Position numbers and translations under genes: made by a program
DNA from: Rhodothermaceae bacterium
Lineage (GTDB): Bacteria > Bacteroidota > Rhodothermia > Rhodothermales > Bin80
NCBI GenBank assembly: GCA_009841335.1
Contig: VXLY01000082.1
Location: 86,380 to 150,379, forward strand
Reading direction: 5' to 3'
Length of the DNA stretch: 64,000 nucleotides
Shown here: positions 1 to 8,450 of the stretch, in pieces
How positions within the stretch are numbered: the stretch's first letter is position 1
How the letters are laid out: the number at the start of each line of letters is the position of its first letter
Notes under the pieces: model-generated
Told to the model about the DNA's origin: nothing
Database searches by the model: none
The model's input: the letters and a program-made list of their open reading frames with translations, nothing else

Positions 1-60
1 ACACCCAGATAGACCCATAGACACAATCAGGAAAAACACGGAAAACAGGAAGCGATACAT
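1..60 (-). CDS. lipoprotein, N-terminal 20 codons only (gene continues left of window)
   Basis: Reverse complement of 1..60 reads ATG TAT CGC ... = MYRFLFSVFFLIVSMGLSGC. This is a hydrophobic signal peptide ending in a lipobox (LSGC). The product cannot be named. Confidence 0.3.
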   Translation of the reverse strand, partial: MYRFLFSVFFLIVSMGLSGC

Positions 61-740
61 GGACTGCGGTATACAACAATTAAGTATTTGAAGGGAAAAC
101 CCCGACCGTTCTAAAACAAACACTAAGCACCAGTTGGCGAGTTTTGGGAAGATCTAACCAGGTGTCATATTTGTTTCTCAGTACATTACTCAATGCAGCG
201 AAGATTCTGCATCAGCATCGGTACGAAAGTCCCACTTAGTACAGGAGCTCCCACTAACTGTTCCTAGTTCAGCAGATTGGGTTTTGCGAGACAATTTTTC
301 GTGAAGTGTCTGCATTCTCGTTTTTTTTGAACGGATTTCCTCGTCTATAAGAGGCAATTCCTGACATTTTTCCCACTTCTGCCGACATGGGAAACAGCTA
401 TCTCGTGCCTTTCACACCATCTGCCGTTTTCTTGAACCGCTCGGATCTTTTTCCGCTAAGGTAAGTCAATTCGCAAGCGGATTTTGTATCAATCCACGAT
501 CACGCCGTACAATACCTCCCAGCTATCCATAATGAACTCACGAAATACGATTGCTTCCGATTCGGGATGGCGTTCAACGTGTGGAGTAAGGGATTCAACT
601 AATGGGAAAATCGGGACATCTGATTGGCGCACTAGTAGCATCTTCGGCGGGGTTAGGGGGCATATCTGAGCAATCCTTGTTATTGTGGAGAGGTAGCATA
701 AAGCATATATAAATTAGCTTGGGTGTTTTTGTCATTGTTG

Positions 741-1149
741 TTAGTTGTAGAACGCAGACGGGTCCGTCAGAAGAAATCGGCGCCGATCGATAAGAAGATC
801 TAGACCTTTCTTGAAGCCCATGCCACGGTGGCACTCAGTGCATGCGATAACAAGGTGTACAATGCCTTGGTTCGTTGGGATAAGCTCACATCGTTCTTGG
901 ATAACGTGAGGGTAGAGACTGATAACAATATCATTGATAATCGAATCCGGCCCATTGCCTTGGGAAGAAAAAAACTGTCTGTTTGCTGGCTCCCATGCCG
1001 CTGCGCAACGTGCTGATTTTCTGTATTCGTTACTGATTACCTTTGCCCTGCACGTAGTGAATCCTGCGGAGTGGCTGATAGACGTATTCAAACGGGTTTC
1101 CACGACGGCCAAAGAAGCACGCTACACACCGTTGCCCCATCACTGGTAG
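741..1149 (+). pseudogene. IS66-family transposase, decayed C-terminal remnant
   Basis: Frame A reads ..RRRVRQKKSAPIDKKI*TFLEAH..YNALVRWDKLTSFLDNVRVETDNNIIDNRIRPIALGRKK, with an in-frame TAG at 801-803. It then shifts frame at the A-run 968-974 to NCLFAGSHAAAQRADFLYSLLITFALHVVNPAEWLIDVFKRV..LPHHW. This matches the conserved IS66 C-terminus (DNNxAERxxRPxALGRKNWLFAGS....NPxxYL). No intact N-terminal part is present. Confidence 0.6.
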
Positions 1150-1503
1150 GCACACAAAAACCAATAATCGCAAAAGTCGCTTACATCAGAGTAGCGGCGG
1201 GTCGCTAACTTCCGAAAAAGCTAACAACCAACAACCCTGCCAATGGGGATCAAGACTGCCGTTTCGCCGTCATACGCACAGGACGCATAAAATACATACG
1301 CACAGAAGGTACTGGGAATCACTAATTTATACGGGATGTTCCTACCGATACTATGATATTACACTGCGCAGGACTCTCGCACCGATGAATGCAACAGAGT
1401 TGAGCGCATCCAGCTCCCAGATTCTGCGTTGAATGAAGCCGCAGTTCTCGCTAAGGAGACACTGCAAAACGTCTTTCCGTCCATGCCCCACTTGACCAAC
1501 AGT

Positions 1504-2925
1504 ATGCGTCCGCACCTCCTGCTCTTTCTGCTCTGCCTGCTTGGTGCTTGCCAGACGGCTCCCGAACAACCAAACGTCGTAGTGATTTTGGCCGACGACT
1601 TGGGTTTTGGCGATATTCAGCGCTACAATCCAGCATCCAAGATTTCGACGCCGAACCTGAATCGTATAGCGGACGAGGGCATGCGCTTTACCGATGCGCA
1701 CTCACCCTCTGCTGTTTGTACACCAACGCGTTATGGCCTGCTAACGGGCAGATATGCTTGGCGGACACATCTCAAGCGCGGGGTATTGCAAGGATACTCG
1801 CCAAATCTCATTGACACTACGCGATTTACATTACCGAAACTCTTCAAGGAGCATGGATATGCCACGGGTGCCACGGGCAAATGGCATCTTGGATTGGGCT
1901 CCCGAGACTCTACCCGCTACGATCTCCCGCTTGTTCCCGGACCAAACGCGGCCGGATTCGATTACTTCTTCGGCATTCCATCCTCGCTTGATTTTGCGCC
2001 TTATGTTTTCGTAGCTAACACGGGCTTAGAAGCCCTGCCCACTGATTGGATTGAACAAAGCGCCCATCGACGACGGGGTGGAGGAGGATTCTGGCGTGCA
2101 GGCAACATTGCACCGGGATTCCGCCATGCAGATGTCCTGCCGAAAACGACAGAGAAAGCGGTAGCCTTCATGCAGGACCATGCGGCCAGCGGCCCATTTT
2201 TTCTGTACGTGCCGCTGAGCGCTCCACACACTCCATGGCTGCCTGCTGACGATTTCAGGGGGACGAGCGGAGCCGGTTACTACGGAGACTTTGTTGCCCA
2301 GGTGGACGATGCTGTGGGCGACATACTCCAGGCCATTGACGACTTAGATCGTGAGACTCTGCTCATCTTTACTAGCGACAACGGCGCGCATTGGCCTGTC
2401 AACGACCGTACATCCTTCGGACATGATGCCAATGGCCCCTGGCGCGGCCAAAAAGCGGATATTTGGGAAGGCGGTCACCGGGTGCCGTTCCTGGTGCGGT
2501 GGCCGGGACACGCGGAACCGAGCAGCACCAGCGATCAGCTGGTCTCCCTTACCGATCTCATGGCGACCTTTGCCGCATTGTTGGGAGCAGATCTGCCGCA
2601 CGCGTCCGCAGAAGACAGCTATGATTTCCTTCCCGTGCTGACAGGAACAGGGACCGGCATGCGCGATGCGATGATCCAACACTCACATTCCGGCATGTTC
2701 GCGGTGCGTCAGAACTCTTGGAAATTGATTCTCGGACGAGGATCGGGAGGCTTCACCATCCCCCGTAACATTACGCCCGAACCAGGCGAGCCCGTCGGGC
2801 AACTGTATGACTTGTCCACCGATCCTACTGAAGAGCGAAACCTTTACCTTGACCATCCGGCGATCGTTGACTCGCTTATTGCACTCTTGGAAGGATATCA
2901 AACAGCGGGCCGCAGCCGCCGGTAA
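1504..2925 (+). CDS. arylsulfatase (formylglycine-dependent sulfatase family), lipoprotein
   Basis: Sulfatase signature [16 protein letters not shown] (C-x-P-x-R), N-terminal [10 protein letters not shown], and GKWHLG. The ATG at 1504 gives signal peptide [16 protein letters not shown]. The longest ORF starts at 1429. Paralog of 54529..55947. Confidence 0.9.
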   Translation: [473 protein letters not shown]

Positions 2926-3650
2926 GCCCCTAGAGATACTTCTGGAGCAATGCGTCTGCTAATTGGGCGTACGACTTGATGTGGCCATGCTTCTATTGCG
3001 GCACCCCAGCCTGAGTTCCCACGGTTGTTTTCTCGCGGGAGACTTGTGGTTGTTTCGAGGGCTGTACCCGGAGGGTATTGTTACTAAGCCAGGGTTTTTC
3101 TTGCGTAGTTCGGGATATCCGGCACCGATCAGGGAATGTTTTTAGCACGTTCCCGCAACTAGACAAGATCTTCATTCCGAGAGGTCGTTACACTGCCGGG
3201 GTGTCGCATTCGGTCACAGTAGATGGTCCGCCCAACTGAAATTCTTGTTGGCGCAGACTTAAATCCAAATTGACTCTAGACACCGGGACGCCTCCATACT
3301 GACGCATTTATCGGAGTCAGTGGTCTACATGGTCGGAATATGCACTCATCACATTCAAACTTTCGAAATTGCCCAAAAATGAAGAAAGGATACTTTCGAT
3401 TCACGACAAGGATTGCTTGATCATTGCCCTCCTGATCACTTGTTACCTATATGGGGGTTTCTACAGTTGCCATTACTATCAATGCGACAATAGTAACGGA
3501 ATGTAACACGGTACATGTCAATTCGTAAGCCTGGCCATACGGCTTCTTCCTGCATAGATGCTCCCGACGATGAAACTGGACTGGACGCAATATTTACCTG
3601 GTGTCGGGACTCCGTAATTGCGAAACATATCAAGGTGGTAGTGACGAGTA

Positions 3651-4934
3651 ATGGTATTTAGGTTGTTCTCTGGAGTTATCGCCTCGTGTTTTTCTACATC
3701 AGATTCATTCCACAGCTGGTACTCGTGGCGTACGGTGTGTGCCACCACCTTTATCGTGGCAATACTTGTAGTGTTTTCTTCTTGTAGCAGTAATCAAAAG
3801 GACAATATTGTCGTGGGACGACTCCATCCCACGGAAGAGAACATCCCTGTGATCAACGACATGCGGTATGTTTTGCGGGAAGATACTTCTGGAGCCCAGA
3901 TAAAACTGGTAGATGTGGAGAGCTTTTTAGAAGGAGAAGTCTTTTCTGTAGGAGCCATTGAAGGTGAACACCACGAGATGCTTGGAACCATTTTGGATGT
4001 TGCCGCAGGTGACAATACTCTCTTGTACATTGATGGCGAGTACGGAGAAGTACGTGTTTATGATCAACAGGGGACTCTAAAACAGGTAATTGGATCCCTT
4101 GGCGTAGCTCCGGGTGAATTCAGCTACCTGGAAGCAGTAGCAATCACGAGTGATGCTTCGAAGTTTTTTGTGGCAGATCAATCTGGCACCAGGATACAGA
4201 TTTTCCAGAGACGGGATAATGCTTACGAGCTCCAGGACATGTTCTCAATGCCCCATGATTTTCATGCCACTGACATCTGCGTGATAAGGGACCATCTGTA
4301 CCTTCACGGATATTCAGAAAGTTTGGACCTTGTCATACACAAGGTTACACATGCAGGTGAGTATATTCTGTCTTTCGGCCAGCCTTATCTATCGGATGCT
4401 CCCTTTATCAGGTACCTAATATCGGATGACGGCCGTCTGGTATGCAATGAGACATACGACACAGTGCTATATGCTAATCAAACTGTTCCGGTCCTCAAAG
4501 CCTATGATGAAGTGGGTTCGCTTCGATGGCAGGTCAAGTTTGGAGATCATGGTCAAATGTATCTGATGGAGGCCAGAAACCGAGGACGACCTGCTCTTCG
4601 TTATCCATCCCAGTTATCACCTGGTGAGAGTACTTTTCTATCCCTGACTACGGACCTTGTAAGTAATTCGTTCATAATCTCGTATCAAACCCTTGGACCT
4701 GAAAAGGGAAAAACAGCGGAACTCGTACAACATTATTTTTCGGTCCCTGCAGAGTCAGGACACGGGACATATTTGGGGCAGCATTACCTTGGAACTTTTG
4801 AGCGTGGACAGTTTCGGAACCCGGCCGCCCCCCCTCGAATAGTAAGTTTGAACGAAAACTTCGCGTACGCAATACGGCATTTCCCTTTTCCCAAGATTGG
4901 GATTTTTGAGCGAGATCTGTTGTTTTTTCAATAA
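3651..4934 (+). CDS. 6-bladed beta-propeller (NHL/TolB-like) lipoprotein, function unknown
   Basis: 427-aa ORF with N-terminal TM/lipobox (VVFSSCSS) and a repeated beta-strand pattern with a G-x-APGEF motif (GSLGVAPGEFSYLEAVAI). Paralog of 56004..57224. Confidence 0.6.
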   Translation: MVFRLFSGVIASCFSTSDSFHSWYSWRTVCATTFIVAILVVFSSCSSNQKDNIVVGRLHPTEENIPVINDMRYVLREDTSGAQIKLVDVESFLEGEVFSVGAIEGEHHEMLGTILDVAAGDNTLLYIDGEYGEVRVYDQQGTLKQVIGSLGVAPGEFSYLEAVAITSDASKFFVADQSGTRIQIFQRRDNAYELQDMFSMPHDFHATDICVIRDHLYLHGYSESLDLVIHKVTHAGEYILSFGQPYLSDAPFIRYLISDDGRLVCNETYDTVLYANQTVPVLKAYDEVGSLRWQVKFGDHGQMYLMEARNRGRPALRYPSQLSPGESTFLSLTTDLVSNSFIISYQTLGPEKGKTAELVQHYFSVPAESGHGTYLGQHYLGTFERGQFRNPAAPPRIVSLNENFAYAIRHFPFPKIGIFERDLLFFQ

Positions 4935-5159
4935 AGTAGAAACTGCAATAACGGAGTTGGTTCTCTATTGCTCTCCTAGTTTTTTTGGGTGCGTTGATTC
5001 TGGGTAGAGTTCCAACCACGCCAATCCTTCCTGTGGAAAACACGTTGGTGGACATACTCCGTACGAAGGGATGATACCCCTCTTATGCTCCTGTCAGTGG
5101 AGATAAAATTGTAATGTTATACATAGGATCGTCAACCTACAGGTTCGCAAACGGAACGT

Positions 5160-5327
5160 ATGTATCTGCATTGTTTAGCGTGCGAAGCTTGCTTTACGGC
5201 ACGCGGCATTATCGAGAGAAGCCACATTCTCGGTAATGGGCGTTTCGATTGCCTGGAATGTAGGCGCACGTGCAAAATGGCCATTTTCAGGCCTTATTCA
5301 CAGGGTTTTCTGAGAAAACGTACTTGA
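5160..5327 (+). CDS. possible small Cys-rich (zinc-ribbon-like) protein, 55 aa
   Basis: Hand-translated ATG 5160..TGA 5327 gives MYLHCLACEACFTARGIIERSHILGNGRFDCLECRRTCKMAIFRPYSQGFLRKRT, with CxxCxxC and CxxCxxxC clusters. It is below the 60-aa cut-off of the ORF track. No homology could be checked. Confidence 0.2.
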   Translation: MYLHCLACEACFTARGIIERSHILGNGRFDCLECRRTCKMAIFRPYSQGFLRKRT

Positions 5328-5350
5328 CCAATAATCCCTGTGAGTCCAGA

Positions 5351-6289
5351 CTAGCTGGTTTCCAACAAAAAATTACATCCCCTCATAGAGCTTCCGGGAA
5401 ATCGACCTAAAACTTCAAATCCCTCTCCACGGCCAACACCCAGATCCTCCGTGAGAATACTGGACACTGTATGGATATTCGCCAGGTCAGTAATCGCCAA
5501 CAGCCCCGGCTTTCCATCAGGCATTACATGGTCCGGGGCCTCTGGATCAACTACTTGAACACGCATCCACGGTGGCGATCTGTAAATCGAACCTCCCTGT
5601 GCATAAGCCTGACTCATAAGTTCACACATACCATACTCACTCCAAACCTGCTGCTCATCAACACCGAATCCTGCCGCCAAGCGCGCGTGTAGTTCGTTAC
5701 GGGTTATTGTATGCCGACGTGTTTTCATGCCGCCGGTCTCAATGATGCGTGCATCCTTGGGCAGATGCCGAGGTCCCGCGTCGGCCAAACCCAGTAGACC
5801 GAATGCGGCGCCAAAGAGCAGTATCGGTGCACCAGTATCTGTAAAGTTTGGTAACCTATTACCCAGAAAAAATTGGCTTTCTTCGGTCCCATACCTCCGC
5901 ATGAGAATCTTCATCATGCAAACCAGGGATGACGCAGGCGCATATCCCGGCAAATGGGCCCAGATTTGGAATGGGCCCTCACCAAAAACGGCTTTAAAAG
6001 CGGCACATACGGAAGCTTCATAAACGGCCTTTCGCCGCACAAAATGACGGCTCCGCAATGCGCCTCCGGTCGCACTGCTCTCAAACACACATTCCGCTTC
6101 GGAAGGTGGGAATGTGGTAACCTCGGCATGCTTGAAAGCAGCCACAGGCAGATACTTGTAACCAAAACGCTGATAAACCTGACAGTGCTGCCGCTGGTAG
6201 GCCTCCAGTACACGTTCCATCACTCCGAACGACGTACCGCTTGCACTACCCAAGTCGGTGAACTGGACTTCTATATCCGCAGTAGTCAC
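5351..6289 (-). CDS. LuxE-family acyl-protein synthetase / acyltransferase-like adenylating enzyme
   Basis: The C-terminal half reads IIETGGMKTRRHTITRNELHARL..WSEYGMCELMSQAY..PPWMRVQVVDP..ITDLAN..FEVLGR..MRGCN. This is the pattern I recognise for the LuxE-type family common in Bacteroidota. Confidence 0.7.
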   Translation of the reverse strand: MTTADIEVQFTDLGSASGTSFGVMERVLEAYQRQHCQVYQRFGYKYLPVAAFKHAEVTTFPPSEAECVFESSATGGALRSRHFVRRKAVYEASVCAAFKAVFGEGPFQIWAHLPGYAPASSLVCMMKILMRRYGTEESQFFLGNRLPNFTDTGAPILLFGAAFGLLGLADAGPRHLPKDARIIETGGMKTRRHTITRNELHARLAAGFGVDEQQVWSEYGMCELMSQAYAQGGSIYRSPPWMRVQVVDPEAPDHVMPDGKPGLLAITDLANIHTVSSILTEDLGVGRGEGFEVLGRFPGSSMRGCNFLLETS

Positions 6290-6840
6290 GGCAATTTAAT
6301 CCGACATCCAAAAGGTTTGGTGGAGGAAATATTCACCTCCTGACCACCGGCGAGTTGCTGTACGACATCCCGGAGCCAATGTGCCTGAGCTACCTGAGGA
6401 TCTGCAGGAGCGTCGTCGATGCCTCCGCCATAGACCAGCATGTTTTTATCGTCAAATGCAAACACATGTGGTGTTCGCTCTGCCCCCAGTGCCCGGGCCA
6501 ATCCTGCTTGCGGATCCCGTACGTAAGTCAAATTGTATTGCTTTCCCGCCTCGGCCTCTTTGGGAAATACCTCAGGATCATTGCTGTTCACAAGGATTAC
6601 CTCAACCCCCGTGGTAGCCAATTCTTCTACACGCTCTTCGTACTGACTCGTCCAGTTGCAGTCATTACTCCAGAATACGAATACCGTACCCTGGGTGCCC
6701 ATTAGTGCATGGGTAGTCGAAGCCGAACCTCCCCGCATGCTCTCGAGCGGTAAATCCGGCAGGGTGCTACCTATTGAAATCTGTGCCGCGGTTACATGCG
6801 GAAATAGGAACAGCATCAAAACAAATATTGATCGCACCAT
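6286..6840 (-). CDS. secreted thioredoxin-fold (TlpA/redoxin-like) protein, monothiol CxxT site
   Basis: Signal peptide MVRSIFVLMLFLFPHVTAAQ. The Trx-fold motif position reads FVFWSNDCNWTSQY (C-N-W-T instead of CxxC). A 4-nt overlap with the downstream LuxE-like gene suggests an operon. Confidence 0.6.
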   Translation of the reverse strand: MVRSIFVLMLFLFPHVTAAQISIGSTLPDLPLESMRGGSASTTHALMGTQGTVFVFWSNDCNWTSQYEERVEELATTGVEVILVNSNDPEVFPKEAEAGKQYNLTYVRDPQAGLARALGAERTPHVFAFDDKNMLVYGGGIDDAPADPQVAQAHWLRDVVQQLAGGQEVNISSTKPFGCRIKLP

Positions 6841-6882
6841 AACTGACTTATCTGTGGTTGTACAACATTATCCAAGCATAAA

Positions 6883-8379
6883 TCATAACTGATTGAATGA
6901 GCGCACACGTCCGGCCATCCAACGATTCAATATCAGGAGTACAGCAATTACCGTGCCCCACTGCACCACGCAAGTCATTAAACTAAATGGATCCGTGGGG
7001 TCATACCAGGTTTCTGGGGCATAAACTGTTGCTGACAACCACAACCACCAACCCAACAATACGACGGCTAGGATGGGCACGACATAGTTCAGTATAGCAT
7101 CCCATGGTCGACCTGCATTCCAATCCCCCACGGCTCCATCAATCTCGTTCTCCCGGAATGAGCGTACTCCCTGTCGAATGACAAGGATCGCCATGAAAGC
7201 CCCGGAAATTATAAGCGCCAAACCCCAGACAAAGTCCTGATTCTCAAAGAAGCCCAGATTCATGGCAGACGGGATACCGAGCACCAAACTGACCAACGCA
7301 ACACCAATAATCGCATAGGGCCGCGAGACACCAAGATCTGTCACCGAACGCACAACCATCTCAATCATCGAAATCAGTGAACTGAGTGCTGCACAGGAAA
7401 GCCCGAGGAAGAATAGCATTGCAAACACATGACCCGCCGGCATCTTTGCGAACAATTGGGGCATCCAGATAAAGGTAAGCCCGGTCGCCGCGGGACCGCT
7501 GGTTTTCATGACCTCGAGCACTTCTGGGCGAGACATTTCCTGCCCGAGAATGGCAAATACGGTTCCAAAAACAATAATGGCCGCAAGGATCGATACTGTA
7601 TTATTGCCTATACCAGTTATAAATGCGTTTTGAACAACACCATGCCGACTCTGCATGTAGGCCCCATAGGTGAGCACCAGACCCCAACCTGCCCCAGTGT
7701 CCCAAGCATTTTGTGTTAATGCTTCAAGCCAGATCCGCGGTCGACTAAGAGTAGACCATTCCGGAGTGAACAGAAATCTTATACCCTCGCCCGCGCCATC
7801 AAGGAAAAGTGTCCGAACCAATGCGATCAGGACAATAACCAATAGTGTTGGCACCAATATCTTGTTTACGCGCTCAATCCTTCTAACCCCCTTCCATACC
7901 GCCCAAGCTCCCAATCCGAGGGCTAGCGCGTGGAAAAACACCGGAAAATAAGTGCTCTGGAACCCATCCCATGCCCCCTGCGCAGCCTCATACGTGAGAT
8001 CGGGGCCCATGAATACCATTCGACCGAAATAATAGAAGCACCAGCCGGCAACTACGGTATAGTAAAAGAGGATTGCAGCAGCGACAAATACACAGAAGGC
8101 GCCCATCCAGCTGAACCGGTCACCTGCAAGTTTGGTGAAAGTCCCAACTACACCTAACCGACCTTTTCGACCCAATGCATACTCCGCTATAATGAGTGGC
8201 ACACTCCACAAAAACAGGAATACAACCCAAGCAACAAGAAAAGCGCCTGTACCCTCATCACCACTGTTGGTCGCAGCAATTCGGGGAAATCGCCAGATGT
8301 TACCCGTCCCTATTGCCATGCCCAAAACGGTGATGAGCATTCCCCATCTAGATGTAAAACGCTGTTTGTGACTGCTCAT
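6883..8379 (-). CDS. sodium-dependent transporter, NSS/SNF family
   Basis: N-terminus RFTSRWGMLITVLGMAIGTGNIWRFPRIAATNSG is the NSS signature. The protein is polytopic and hydrophobic over 498 aa. Confidence 0.9.
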   Translation of the reverse strand: MSSHKQRFTSRWGMLITVLGMAIGTGNIWRFPRIAATNSGDEGTGAFLVAWVVFLFLWSVPLIIAEYALGRKGRLGVVGTFTKLAGDRFSWMGAFCVFVAAAILFYYTVVAGWCFYYFGRMVFMGPDLTYEAAQGAWDGFQSTYFPVFFHALALGLGAWAVWKGVRRIERVNKILVPTLLVIVLIALVRTLFLDGAGEGIRFLFTPEWSTLSRPRIWLEALTQNAWDTGAGWGLVLTYGAYMQSRHGVVQNAFITGIGNNTVSILAAIIVFGTVFAILGQEMSRPEVLEVMKTSGPAATGLTFIWMPQLFAKMPAGHVFAMLFFLGLSCAALSSLISMIEMVVRSVTDLGVSRPYAIIGVALVSLVLGIPSAMNLGFFENQDFVWGLALIISGAFMAILVIRQGVRSFRENEIDGAVGDWNAGRPWDAILNYVVPILAVVLLGWWLWLSATVYAPETWYDPTDPFSLMTCVVQWGTVIAVLLILNRWMAGRVRSFNQL

Positions 8380-8450
8380 TCGGCTTGGATTCGATTGATT
8401 GACATGATAATTGCACTTTTTTATGCGGAAGTGTACCTAATCTGCCGCGC

